From: Neophaeotheca triangularis | Lineage: Eukaryota | Length of the DNA stretch: 64,000 nucleotides | Assembly: GCA_054600435.1 (NCBI GenBank) | Contig: BAAIJX010000008.1 | Coordinates: forward strand, 558,001 to 622,000 | Reading direction: 5' to 3' | Notes under the pieces: model-generated | Seen by the model: the letters and a program-made list of their open reading frames with translations, nothing else | Databases searched by the model: none | Told to the model about the DNA's origin: nothing | Program-made: the position numbers and the translations under genes | Shown here: piece after piece, positions 36,226-48,197 of the stretch | Numbering within the stretch: position 1 is the stretch's first letter | Layout of the letters: every line of letters starts with the position of its first letter

Positions 36226-38337
36226 CTAACCGGTGCACCTATCCCAAGGCTCCCAAAAAGGCAAACCCATGCCCTCAAAAACCCTCCTCTCAGCCTCACC
36301 CATGGTCTCAGCATTCCCACGCCAGCCAAAGGCCTTCCTTCCGTCTTCGCTCCAACCCTCCACATCCACGACCTCCCCATTGCCTCTATCCCTCACCCCG
36401 CTAGAATCAAACTTCCACCCTTTGACATTCTTCGCGTACCTTCTCAGATCCCGCTGGAAGGTAGTGCCACTGCTCCAGCCAGCAACGGCACAGCCCACAG
36501 TCCGCCAGGGAGAGATAATGATATCGACGCGGCGGTGAATGTTGGGGTTCTTCGCCTTGGGGTTTGCCGCCAAGTCTGCTTCCTGACTAGGCCACCGGGG
36601 ATCTTGCCAAACTACCAGCGCTTTGTCGAGAGTGTCGAAACCATGACCCCCACCTCCTGTCCGGAAGGGTAGGGTCTGCTGGCCGCGGTTAGTGGAATTG
36701 AGGGATAGGAGAAGGGTGTGCGTGATCCAGCCTTCTTCTTCGAGGCTGGCTACGATGTCGTTGACAATGTTCAAAGTTTGCTCTTCGTCTGGGTGGGAGA
36801 CTACGATGTCGACATCGCCACTAGCATCTTTGCCGCGTCGATAGCCTCCCACGAGCATGGTTTGGATGCGATCGTCCCGTACTTTGACGGCGTGCTGGTG
36901 GATGATGCGGGCGATTTCTTCGACCTCAGCGCGTGGGATTAGATCGAGAAACTCGTCGTAGTACTTCACACCGATCTGCTGTACTCGCGAGAGAGTAGAC
37001 CAGCCGTATTCCACGATATCGTCCAGCTCTCGCCAACCACGATCGTAGTAAAATTCCCGAGCCGTGGTCGCACCAACACCCCAGATTTCGTAGAATAGCC
37101 GGAGAATCTTGAGATCTTCGTCGGCCTCTACATCTTCAACCGCCTTGATCTGGCCAGTATTCGTCCACTCCACAAACAAATTTGCAATCTTTGCGTCGCA
37201 ACCCGGCAAAGCCAGAATCTCCCTAGGATTGCTAACCTTGTAAGGATACGCAGCTAAGCTTGCAATGCTGGTGCTGTAAGCTCGAACGCCAATCTCATCG
37301 TTTGTCAATAGCCGGGCCGTTTTGATGGTCTTCAAAAGCTTGATGAAAGGGTCGTTGGGATTGTTCGCCGGAGTCGGTCGTTGGCAGGCGTACTTAATAC
37401 CTGCCTTCACCCACTCTGGCATTTCCGGCAACTCTTCAGATTGACCAGCATCGTACTCTGAAGTCGTGGTTTTGAGAAGATGCGCATACTGGCTGTCGTT
37501 GCCTTTGCCAGCGGACCAAGATGCATTGCCAGTAGCAGACTTGCCGCCGAAACGTCCGAACTTGCGTTTCGCAAAGTTGTCCCCTTTTGGCGGATGATTG
37601 CTGGCATCTTCCATTGCTCGCTCTAGGACATGGTCGACCTTGGGCTTCGCTGCGACCGCTTTCTGTGAGCTTGTGGAGATTGGCTTCTTCGGATTGATCG
37701 GAATAGCTTGCTCTTTTTGTAGAATCAAACTCTCTGGCTTCGGAGTACGCCTGCCTTGGTAAACGAGAAAATCGTCCAAGGGAAGGCATCTCCCTGCCCT
37801 CTTCGATTCCTCAAACCAGGCGATTTTGACTACCTTGATGACGTCCGTCGAAGGCCCTGACTGCGCGTGAACGGAAATTGGCTCACGTTGAGTAGCACTT
37901 GTTTTGCTCTCGTCTTCCGAAGCCGTGCTCTCATCGTCGATGACCAGAGCTTTCGCCTGCCTCGAGCCCAATCCAGGTCCCTGGCTATGTTTGCGCTTCT
38001 TCGTTGCAAGCTCTGTAGTACTTTCAAGAGTAGAATGATCAGTGACTTCAATATCTTCAGTCCAGAGTCCTTTCGCCCTCAAATCGAGCTTGATCCTAGG
38101 TTTCTTGACCGACTTGGTAAGCACGACCTTTGCTTCATTTGGATCGTAAGTCAGGGGTACGCCAAATTCCGTGAGCTCGTCCTCAAGCTCATGCAAGTCA
38201 TCGGTCTCGAAGTGGGTAGCCGAGACAAAGACGGGTGGCAGATCCTTAAGGTCCAGCTTGTGGATAATTCGCGGTCCTTGATCGCCGGTAACAGGTGTAG
38301 CCTCACTATCGACACCATCCATATCTGAGATCGTCAT
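36226..38337 (-). CDS. X-family DNA polymerase (Pol4/mu-like) with N-terminal BRCT-like region
   Basis: VGGYRRGK...GDVDIVVSHP, RRVDII, GWSSGTTFQRDLRRYA and HhH WGVGATTA. Confidence 0.93.
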   Translation of the reverse strand: MTISDMDGVDSEATPVTGDQGPRIIHKLDLKDLPPVFVSATHFETDDLHELEDELTEFGVPLTYDPNEAKVVLTKSVKKPRIKLDLRAKGLWTEDIEVTDHSTLESTTELATKKRKHSQGPGLGSRQAKALVIDDESTASEDESKTSATQREPISVHAQSGPSTDVIKVVKIAWFEESKRAGRCLPLDDFLVYQGRRTPKPESLILQKEQAIPINPKKPISTSSQKAVAAKPKVDHVLERAMEDASNHPPKGDNFAKRKFGRFGGKSATGNASWSAGKGNDSQYAHLLKTTTSEYDAGQSEELPEMPEWVKAGIKYACQRPTPANNPNDPFIKLLKTIKTARLLTNDEIGVRAYSTSIASLAAYPYKVSNPREILALPGCDAKIANLFVEWTNTGQIKAVEDVEADEDLKILRLFYEIWGVGATTAREFYYDRGWRELDDIVEYGWSTLSRVQQIGVKYYDEFLDLIPRAEVEEIARIIHQHAVKVRDDRIQTMLVGGYRRGKDASGDVDIVVSHPDEEQTLNIVNDIVASLEEEGWITHTLLLSLNSTNRGQQTLPFRTGGGGHGFDTLDKALVVWQDPRWPSQEADLAANPKAKNPNIHRRVDIIISPWRTVGCAVAGWSSGTTFQRDLRRYAKNVKGWKFDSSGVRDRGNGEVVDVEGWSEDGRKAFGWRGNAETMGEAERRVFEGMGLPFWEPWDRCTG

Positions 38338-38763
38338 GTCCTTGAGATGTCGACCACCGAAACTACCCTAGCCACTGCCGTGCTGGCTCACGTGTCTGTT
38401 CTATGCCGCCGCTTTCTCTTTGCCCATTGAGTAGTGGACCAAGGTGAACAATATGACATGTTATGAAATGCGCCGGCCTATAGACATGCGCGATGGTATG
38501 CAACGAGCAGTGGGAGAAGAGAGCGCTTTGTTTCGAGGAAACACTCGAGGCTCGAGGATTCGAAACGCTTGGACCTCCCCGCCGCTTAGTCATGAGACCA
38601 CCCCAGAGTGAATGCAGGTGAGGTCGGGTGTTGAAGACCCCCATGGAACAACCAAACCCACCACAGAACTTTCTTCTACACCAAAGAGGAGAATAATAAA
38701 TCATTTTCCGCGAACGCGCTACTACCGGCCGGACTTGTTGTAACGTGACCGCCACACTCAAGC

Positions 38764-39249
38764 ATGGCAGCAATCCAAAGAAACACGCCAGCGCTGCTAG
38801 GTAAACAAATCGTCATCTTCAATCCAGTCAAATGAAGCGATCGCTAACACTGAGTCCCAAGCGCGCATCGAAAAACACCGCGACGACCTAATCAAGCGCT
38901 ATGAATCCCTCCTCAGCCTCGCGGCAGTGAACCGAACCGACCGCAACACTACCGCCACCATCCAGTACCAGATGCAAGTCGAGACGACAGGACTTGTACG
39001 GAACAGACTCAAAACTCTCAGATCTTCAATTCGCACGTCCGCTAACGATAAAACGTGCAGATCCGCGCGGCGGAAGATTTGCAAGACCTCATCCGCCAAC
39101 TACAAGAAATGTGGCTCTTCGGACACCTCGACACCAAAAGCGACGAGAAACTGCAACAAGCTACGGGCGAGAAGGTCAAGGAAGTCACGGAATTGCTGCA
39201 ACAGCTCGCGCGCACGCAAGAAACCAAGGCCGTTACGGGGACTACATGA
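38764..39249 (+). CDS. MED22: Mediator subunit Med22
   Basis: Two introns (38801-38861 and about 38996-39060) give ...YQMQVETTGLIRAAEDLQDLIRQLQEMWLFGHLD. Confidence 0.82.
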
Positions 39250-39303
39250 AACCCCTAAGACTCAACACCTTCTCCGCCACAACCGACAACCCGAATCTCT
39301 CAC

Positions 39304-40595
39304 TCACAGATGGCTCTTACCGCCAAAAACAACACCCTCAACCCACTTCTGGATATGCTCGTTAGTTTCCGCTGGCGTATGCCACAGCGCCCAGTGATCG
39401 GCGTGCACCTCTGCGCGCGTAAGATTCGGGAAGCTCTTTTCCATGCCCTTGCTCATTTCCGGCTTGAGCACGCTGTCCTTGGTGGCGCAGACGAAGAGGG
39501 TGGGCTGCGCGATGGTGTTGCGGCGGGCGGCGGGGATTTGCTGGTCGTCGTCGAAGTTGGGCTTGCGCGTGCGGTACCAGTTGCACGGGCCGTGGAGGCC
39601 GTGGCGCTTGAAAGCGGTGACGTAGTAGTCGAGTTCCTGTTTTCGCGGGAGTGGGGTTAGTGGAGCGTTAAGGTGTGGATCGGGGATGTTAGGGCAACTT
39701 ACGGCTTCGCTCAGTAGAGGCGTCATGGTGACTTCTTCATCCAGAGCGCTCAATCTCACACCCTGTTCGGGGGAAAACATGGGTCTGCCACTCTTGGGCT
39801 GTCCACCGTAAACGCCCTTGAGGAAGTTGCGGATCTTGTTCTCATCCAGTCCAATGGCTTTCTCAACGACTTGTTCCTCACTGCCCAGTTGCAGCTGGTA
39901 GCCGAATTGTGGCAAAGGCCCCTTGACCATGACTTCTGTCGGGATGAACTGGTCATGCACCGCCATGTAAGGAGTGCACACGCTGACAACGTGGCTGATG
40001 AGATCGGGATACCATTGCGCAGCGCGGTAGACGACCATGCCTCCTGCTTAATCATCAGTCGTGCCCGAATCAAGAAACCCGGCTCATACTCAACCCACCC
40101 CAATCGTGACCCATGATGATAATCTTCGGGACATTCAGCTCAGCAGCCAACGCAGCAATGGCATCGGCGTGGAACTTGAAAGTGTAACTCTCGACACCAT
40201 CGGGAGCGTCCTATATCCTCCAAGTTAGCAAAATCCTCTCCCGTCGCAAACCTCGCGACCAGATAGTTGAAACTGCCACTCACGCTCTCATTGTACCCCA
40301 TGCAATCGAGCGCCACACACCTCAGCCCCTGGCCCAACAGCATGGGGATCTGGTAGCGCCAGGCGAGCGAAATATCCGGCCAACCGTGGATGAGGAAGAC
40401 AGTGCCACGCTGGGGGCTGCTGGGTTTGGCGTCGAGATAATCTGATCCAAAGGGAAAGTTTCAGCAATCGCAGCCTTTCCGGCGTACGTCTCGAGCGGGC
40501 TCGAGGAAATAAAACCTACGCCATTGCCGGCCATTGAGCTTTGTGTACTTGTGCTCGACCCTCTTGTCGTCGGGCGTGATCTTGTCGACGGCCAT
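39304..40595 (-). CDS. Alpha/beta-fold epoxide hydrolase-like protein with PTS1-like C-terminus SHL
   Basis: HGWPD, GHDWGG nucleophile, NWYR and HWAL motifs; multi-exon. Confidence 0.9.
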
Positions 40596-41199
40596 GTTGA
40601 CTGTTGTTGGTTACTTGTGAGTATAATAATGCGGTCTCAGACGAACAACTTGTGTCGTTGATCGTTTCAAGTTTGTTGTACAGACTTACGAGACGTTAGA
40701 AGAGAGTTGATATAGGGCCGGTTAAGCGTGCCCAGAGTTAACAGGGACCTCGGCTGTAGGGTCCACGCTTCATCCGGGATGCCCAACATTACGCAAATTG
40801 GTCAGAGCTGCTTTTTGGGAGGTGCAGGGTAATAAGTGATAAAGTACTAGCGACGGGTCAAGACTCGGCGAGTCATGCATTCACTACCTGACCAGTTACC
40901 GAAGGAGGTAAGGTGGATGTTCGCGCTACGGCCGAAGGATCGTCTTCTCACGTCATATGAACAGTGAAGTCGTCCAAGGCTTGGCATACCGTTCGGTACG
41001 GACGTACAAATTATTCATGCACGAGTCTTTAGGTGTAGGTAGGAGAACAACTCCCCTCTCTTATCTTACGCGCGGTGTTCAAAAGACCCCTGGATCTCAT
41101 TGGACTCCCACCTGCGCCAAGAACAACCGGGTATCATGAAGCAAACGCTCATCCTCCAGCATACAACCCTTTTCCCTACGAAAGCTCCAGTCATCTCTC

Positions 41200-42438
41200 C
41201 TAGTAGATGAGCGTATCTTCGTCGCCCTCGTACACGTGCTCAGCATTCTCCTCTGCGTGATTGTCGTCTTGCTTGGCATTCTCGCCCTGTCCAGAGACTG
41301 CCCTGTTGCCATCATCCTTACACACGGCAGTGTCACCCGAATCACCCGCAACGACGTTCTGCGTTGGGCCGTTGAGGGGCATCGCCGGCTTGGACGTCGC
41401 TTCTAGGTGAGCCCCTGAATCTTGCTCCGCCATGTGCACAATACCATTGCTAGGTGCATCCCCGCTCTGATCCTGCCCTGTTGCTGCAGGGGCACCACCC
41501 CCGTCCCCAGCACTATGCTCTCCACCGGAAACCCTCGCATCTCCGTTTTCCATAGCTGGCTTCTCCACTCCACTCGTCTCCCCATCAAGCGCAGCAAGTG
41601 CATCCAGCTTCTTCGACTCAAACTCCACAACCTCTTTATCAATCTCCCTCTGCGCCTCCTCAATCTGCTGCGCAATCTTCTCCTCCTGCTCCGGCGAGAG
41701 CTCATAAGGTCGATAAGACAGCTTTGGTTCAGCCTCCGTCCACAAGAAATTTGCCCCATGCAGCATGCTACAATGTCTCGTCTTCATAACCTCCTCGTCC
41801 ACAATAATCTGCTCCTTGCGCCTGTGAATCTTAAGCTTCTCGTAATTTTGAACTCGATCCTCGGCCTCTTGCGCCTCTCTCTTCTCTCGCTCTTCCTTCT
41901 TACGCGCCTCGAGTTCTTGACGCCGCTTGCTCTGCCTGTCTGTGCTCTTGCCCGCTATGGTGCCGAAAGCGGCGCCGAAGAGTCGCTTGTTGCGCTCGTT
42001 CGGGTCGACGGTCTTCCTGACGCGCTTGGGAAGGTCGAAAGGAGTGGAGGAATGCTGGAGTACGGATTCCTTGCGCGCGGGCGAGGGAAGCGCGACATCA
42101 TGCGATCCTGTGCGATCTTGGCCTGGAGCGTCGCCCTCTGCTTGCGGCGGCGCATCTTCTGGACCAGGGCTGGTACGCGCTCGCTTATTCTCTTGCTCTG
42201 GTGTTTGCGATTGCTTGCGCTTCGTGCCATTGGGAGGGGATCGGGTTTCGGGGGCTTTCTCGCGATCGGTGTGAAGTTCACTGTCATCAAGCTCTTGGTT
42301 AATACGATCGAGTTGAGTGATAAAGGCAGCTTGGTGATCCTCGTACTCTTTCTTACGTTCTTCCTCTGGCCTCGAGTCCAGTCTCTCTACTTCGTTCCAG
42401 TCCACGAGACCCGGAGTTTGAGGCTCTTCCGCAGCCAT
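41200..42438 (-). CDS. Pinin/SDK/MemA family protein
   Basis: ERNKRLFG, coiled coil and FLWTEAEPKLSYRPYEL motif. Confidence 0.82.
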   Translation of the reverse strand: MAAEEPQTPGLVDWNEVERLDSRPEEERKKEYEDHQAAFITQLDRINQELDDSELHTDREKAPETRSPPNGTKRKQSQTPEQENKRARTSPGPEDAPPQAEGDAPGQDRTGSHDVALPSPARKESVLQHSSTPFDLPKRVRKTVDPNERNKRLFGAAFGTIAGKSTDRQSKRRQELEARKKEEREKREAQEAEDRVQNYEKLKIHRRKEQIIVDEEVMKTRHCSMLHGANFLWTEAEPKLSYRPYELSPEQEEKIAQQIEEAQREIDKEVVEFESKKLDALAALDGETSGVEKPAMENGDARVSGGEHSAGDGGGAPAATGQDQSGDAPSNGIVHMAEQDSGAHLEATSKPAMPLNGPTQNVVAGDSGDTAVCKDDGNRAVSGQGENAKQDDNHAEENAEHVYEGDEDTLIY

Positions 42439-43375
42439 TGTTTTTGGAGGATGGATTACAGGTGTGAGGTACGTGAGTGAGGGTGTAGGGTGAAGCGACA
42501 CTCAAATGTAGTCGGTAGGCAACCCGGTCGAGCCGTGTACACTTGCCTCTTGGATAGCTACCATACTAGGCCGATGTCGGGCCGAGAGAATGCCGATACC
42601 AAACACTTCCAATTACTCATCAAAGCTTAGGTATCTTTTTGCTTATTGGATAGGTAACTTGCCTACCTGGGTAAGTGTAATAAGATAGGTACTCGATGAA
42701 CATGTGTAGACGATAAGGAAACATCCCGAATTCACATTGTCTCTGTCGAACAAAAAGAAAAAAAAAATGGATGGGATGAGCGGCTGTGCACTCCTCAAGA
42801 CCTTAACCCCTACGAAAACGGCACACTCCAATCCTTAGGTACTCTTATACCCCTTGGGCCACACGCCATTCTTCAGTGCCGGCACATCTACCATCTCCAT
42901 TGAACGCGGGGATAGCAGAACATATCTGTTTAGCTAGCTACCTAGGTATGCTGATTGCTGACTGCGTCGCGTGGTGCCTTTCTGCGACTTGCCATAAGGT
43001 ACATTACCTCAAAGACAGTAGTAGTCTCGCATCGCCTTCCTCGAGTAGCTTCATGTCCCGTCCGACCGGATTGGGCAGGATGCCTTTGTATGGATAACAA
43101 CCTAGCTCTCAACTCCGCTACATTTTGTAGATTGATAGGAGGAAGTCTGACCCATGCATCTCATTGCTCAAAGCACAGCGGGGTCCGTGCCCAAGCCGGC
43201 CGGCGCAAAGTGAAGTCCACCTCCAGTCCCAGTTGCCGATCCAACTTTCAAATCGAGAGACCTTGAACCATCTCGTCTCAATCCAAACAATGTCTCCCTC
43301 ACGAGGCTAGCCTAAGACTCCAAATTCCCTTACACCCATCGACCCTCGCATCTGTCTCGCCAAATCCCCGCCGAA

Positions 43376-44518
43376 ATGGCCGCCTCCTTCATCCCCCGCG
43401 CAGCCTTCCCGACCCAACTGAACCTCCCCCGCTCCTACTACCTAGGCCACCACGCCGCCGGACTCGCCAAAATGCGCACGCTGCTCGCGCAAATCGACCT
43501 CATCGTCGAATGCAGAGACTACCGCGTGCCGCTGACGAGCCGCAACGCCATGTTCGAGGACTCGCTGGGCGGCAGCGGGGTAGAGAGATGCGTGGTTTAC
43601 ACGAAGAAAGATCTGGGGACGAGCGGTGGGAAATTGGAGGGGGAGAAGATGGTAAGGCTTCTTGTCGCACTAGATGAGTGCGTTATGGACGGATGAGCTG
43701 ATACAGTTGTCTGTTGCCGGCGTCAGTAGAGACACGACGTTCTTCGCGGCTGGCATGCGCCCACGCCCGTGCTGTTTTCCGACCATAAAAGCAAGCGCGA
43801 TCTTTCCGGTTTACTCGGCTTCTTACGGCGAGCTTCGAAGGATAGAAATGCTTTGACGGGCTCACACGTCATGGTCGTCGGCATGCCGAATGTGGGAAAG
43901 TCCTCGCTACTGAATGCATTGCGAATGGCCGGTGTGGGCAAGGGCAAAGTCGCACACACGGGAGCACAGCCGGGGGTCACGAGGAAGATTGCACGTAGTG
44001 GGGTGAAGATTATTGATGGCGAGAAGGAGGCGGGAGGGGGGAGTGATGTGTATTTGCTGGATACGCCTGGGGTGTTTGTGCCCTATGTGCCTGACGCGGA
44101 AACTATGCTCAAGCTGGCGCTGTGTGGGAGCGTCAAGGATACGGTTGTCAGCCCCACGACGCTGGCGGATTACTTGCTGTTCCAGGTCAATTTGCGGGAC
44201 CCGGTGCTTTATGGCGAGTACTGCGGGCCGACGAATGATATTATTGAGTTGCTGGAGGCGGTTGCGAGGAAGACTGGGAGGTTAATGAAGGGTGGGACGC
44301 CTGATGTGGAGGCTTGCGCACTTTGGATGGTGCAGAGGTGGCGGCAAGGGTTACTGGGGAGGTTTGTGCTGGATGATGTGAGTGAGGAGGGGTTGGAGAG
44401 GTATAGGGAGGAGGAAGTCGGGAGGGGGACGAGTCTGAACCAGGCGAGGAAGGCCGGCAAGGAGTTGGTCAGGGCGCGGAATAAGGCGAGGAGGGGTAGT
44501 GCTGCTGAGGATGGGTGA
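43376..44518 (+). CDS. MTG1: Mitochondrial ribosome assembly GTPase
   Basis: Circularly permuted GTPase: ECRDYRVPLTSRN, TKKD, GMPNVGKSS, PGVT and DTPG; intron 43652-43729. Confidence 0.92.
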
Positions 44519-45628
44519 TGACGGGACGTTGAGCGTGAGATTGATGATGTGACTTTCGGAAAGCGAACGCAGTATGACCGGCCGCCTCCTGAGCCTTTCA
44601 TCACCAATCAGCTCTGGCAGAGCTTGACTCACGCATATGCTGAAGCCAATGTCAAGACGAACCATTCACTGCTCTTGGTCGAAAACACAGCGGCATGATC
44701 GAGATGCGCGCTCGCTGTTTTTGCCGAATGCGGCAAAACCACAACCCGCCTATTGCGCAAAACCACTCCAAGCAACCATACAAAGCAACGCTGGGTACGC
44801 CGCCTTAAAGCTACAACGTACGTTTTAAGATGCCCTCGAAAGCCCCTAGCGAGCTATGCGATCTCAGGATACAAGCCGGAGCAATAGTCACAGTGTTAGA
44901 ACAGTCGACGTCCAAAATATACAAGCCGACCGCTATGGACTGATGGGTGTTCAACTGCAGCGTCTCTTGTCACTTGGCAAGACCACCCATCTACTTTCTA
45001 GTTATGCACCTCGCTCGAACTTTTGCACAGATGGATAGGAGTGACGAGACTGATTGGAGCTACACCGGACGCATCCCATGGGGGGCCTTGGAGCGGGGGC
45101 CTTTGGCAGGGGTGCCGTTGCTTACGCGTGCGAGTTTCGTTCTCGCTGGGGCAGGTAGTTACTCTGTTATTTCTGGGTGCTGGGTTGTCGTCCTGCTGTC
45201 ATATTGAGACTGTCACGAGGCTTATGCATTCAGTTCTCCCAGCCGGAAGTTATGGCGGGCACGCGATACCTATGTAAAATGTACGAAGCGAACTTCACCT
45301 CAGATGCTAGCGGGCTTACGCACGGATCGCACGACGGCTGGTGCGTGCCATTCTTAAGTATAACTGTAACTCACAATGTCATGATGGTTTACAAAGTGGA
45401 GAAGATTGCAAAGAGTAGAGTAACAGAGTTGAGAACTGCGTATGTACCCTTCCAAAAGCAACGCGAGGCAGCAGGAGATACTAGGGGGCAACCGCTCACG
45501 AGAGCCCAAACAGCCGCACAAGGAGGGGAGAGCGGCAATCTGACCCTAGGCAAAACATCCAAAACCTAGCGTAGCGCATCCTTTTCGTCGAAACAAGCAC
45601 AAGAAAGCTTCTCGGGTCCGCGTTGACC

Positions 45629-46912
45629 CTAATCGCTATCCTCCTCGTCGTCATCGCTCTCGGCAGTCTCCAGCCACTCGATGAATTGCTCGGCGCTCTT
45701 CCTGACCTTCTTGCTGGTCGACAAGTCAACGTACTTCTTGCTAGCCTTCTTGCCCCAAGCCTTGAGAACGTCCTCGCTAACCAAGTCGTTCTGGTAGTAC
45801 TGAATCAAGATGCCGGAAACTTGTCCGATGAGCTCGGGCTTCTCGATACCGACGAAGCGCTCCGTGCCGCCCATGAAGGCCTTTTCGTGGCGCTCTGACG
45901 TGATCATCTTCTTGAGCATAGCGGCGCGCTGGGGGATCTGCTTGATGATTTTCTCGTCGAAAATAGTCTGCGCGAGCACCTGCACCGTACGGTGCTTGCT
46001 CTCAATGCCAAGCTCCTTGGCCTTGAGGTAGATGTCCACGTCCTTGACGTTGGCGACGCCACCTTCTTCAGTAGCCTTCTCCTCAACCCACTTGCCAAGT
46101 TCGTCGTAGGCGGAGCTGCCCTTGTCTTCGCCGTCCTCGGCATCGTCGCCGCCGTCTATAGCGAGACTGGCCTTGAGATCGTCGGGGAGGGCTTTGGCGC
46201 GAGCCTTGATGGCTGCCTCGGACATGTCGACGGTCCACTCAATCTCTTTCTCTTCGGTTGGCTCGAGCTCCTGGGCTTCGGCGTTGATACGGCGGGTGAG
46301 TTCGTCGTCGCTACCGGCGTCCACATCACCGTTCTCTTCGGCCTGGTCGGAGTCGCCGCCGGAGCCGGAGCCAGAATGGCCGTTGGCATCGCCTTCAACA
46401 GCGGTACCGTTCCTCTCTGCCTCCTTGCGAGCCTTGCGATCGGCTTTCTTGGTAGACTTGTCCTTCTTCCCCTTCTTCGGTGCGTTCTTCAAGATGAAGC
46501 CGGAGAGTTTGTGGCGCAGATCAGGGTGAGTGCGCTGGCCGCAAGCTTTGCAGTCGAGGATGATGTCGCCGTCCTTGATGTTGACAACGGTCTCAGGATT
46601 CTGGCAGCTGCCGCAGAGAACGAACTTCTTGATGAAGCCGTCGAGGTAGTCCTGGAGCTTGGAGGCTTCGTGGGCACCGTTGATGATCCAGCGGTCGTCC
46701 TTGGGGTCAATGTTGGTCTGCGCACCCAACTCGAAGCCAAAGTACTTGATCACGTAGTTTGGAGGGCGACTGAGCTGATCGGCAACGTTGGACAAGTTGG
46801 TGATGACGGTCTTGATACCATTGCCCTTGCCCTCAACCTTGGAGCGCAACTTCTCCATCTTGTAGCGGTAGAAGGGGTCGGCGACATCGCGGCGAATGTT
46901 GACATTGGCCAT
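45629..46912 (-). CDS. TIF5: Translation initiation factor eIF5
   Basis: DPFYRYKM, GKGNGIKT, C2-C2 zinc motif and W2 domain FIEWLETAE. Confidence 0.97.
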   Translation of the reverse strand: MANVNIRRDVADPFYRYKMEKLRSKVEGKGNGIKTVITNLSNVADQLSRPPNYVIKYFGFELGAQTNIDPKDDRWIINGAHEASKLQDYLDGFIKKFVLCGSCQNPETVVNIKDGDIILDCKACGQRTHPDLRHKLSGFILKNAPKKGKKDKSTKKADRKARKEAERNGTAVEGDANGHSGSGSGGDSDQAEENGDVDAGSDDELTRRINAEAQELEPTEEKEIEWTVDMSEAAIKARAKALPDDLKASLAIDGGDDAEDGEDKGSSAYDELGKWVEEKATEEGGVANVKDVDIYLKAKELGIESKHRTVQVLAQTIFDEKIIKQIPQRAAMLKKMITSERHEKAFMGGTERFVGIEKPELIGQVSGILIQYYQNDLVSEDVLKAWGKKASKKYVDLSTSKKVRKSAEQFIEWLETAESDDDEEDSD

Positions 46913-46951
46913 GGCTGCGGTGTTGGCTCGGTGTGGCGGATGGCGGATCGG

Positions 46952-47239
46952 CTAGAATGGCGTTTCGAAGGCTGCGGGAGTTACGAAATGGTTGTGGTGG
47001 TGATGGTTGACGAAGGTCGCGTCATAAAACATGCGCGGTAGTAGTAGTGACAGGGTATGCCGGGCTACGTTTGCTGATGTCTCGAAAGTGATGTCTCTTT
47101 CAACTTGTCAACGGACCTTCTTTTAGACGGCGAGTCAATCGTTGGTGGAATGTTGGCGGTTACTACAAGGTCTCCGTAGCGTACGGAATGGCTGCTGTTG
47201 CACCGGGGGTTCGAAAGCGTTGACGGAGGACGAATACAT
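46952..47239 (-). promoter_or_regulatory. uORFs with poor-context AUGs in the eIF5 leader
   Basis: tgaATGt (47239), cgcATGt (47032) and tttATGa (47025) versus optimal gccATGg at the main start. Confidence 0.7.
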
Positions 47240-48197
47240 TCACTCTCGCCCTTGATGCGGACTGTGACGGGTGTGGTGTGAGTAGGTGGGCCGGGAGGCG
47301 ATGGAGGGGAGGTGGTGGTGGTGGTGGTGACCTGGGGATGGTGATAAGAAGCGGCGGGGGCTTCTTGTGACGGGGTGTGCCTAGGTAGGGTTGTTTGTGA
47401 TGGGTGTTGTGGTGAGTGGCAAACGTGTAGTGTTTGCAGACTGGTGGTGGTGAAAGAGTTGTGATGCAGGCCGTTGTGATGGAGGAAGATGAAGTGTGTC
47501 GCTGCGTGGGTCGAAGAAAACCTCGTCAAAGGCCGGGCGGAGGCGTAACATATTCGTGCACGTCCCACAAGACTTCTAGTTACCGCGGAGCCGGGATGCG
47601 AATAATAAGTAGTAATTAATATTAATAATACAAGTATTTGCCGGCCGGACTTGGAAAGAAAAATAATGATAAATATCAATGCCTAAAATACCAAAAAAAA
47701 AAAAGCACGTATAATAACATACAATATTATTGACCTAGTTCAATTACCTGTTCAGCTTCCAGGCGGGCAGCAATATTTAACATTGTTATATGGCCACGCT
47801 ATCGAGAGACTAACGAGACTGCTCGAGCTTTAGAGACACGACGACGCTTAGTGTATGCTTGAATAACTAGGTATATCCCGTCTGCCGGTAACACTCTGTT
47901 CATTATAAATATATTATAGGACGATAGTTGTTAATCATGGTATCTCGACAGTACAAAGATAGGTATATCCAATGCCTCTAGCCAACGCCGGACCTCAAAT
48001 GGACGTCTACTGTAATTACTATGTATTGGTAGATTGATAGCAACCGTCGTCCAAGAGACCAAGCCAGCCGTCATCGGCACCGAGAAACTACCTAGGCAAG
48101 GTAATCCATCCATTCGCTCTACTTTCTTTTCCACTACTAAATACCGTTACCAGGTCTCATCTTGCCAACATAGCCATTCTCTGTGACTCCCTTGACC

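Noticed and set aside
41422..42480. 352-aa Leu-rich plus-strand ORF
   Set aside because: Antisense shadow of the Glu/Lys-rich pinin gene
45992..47041. 349-aa plus-strand ORF
   Set aside because: Antisense shadow of eIF5
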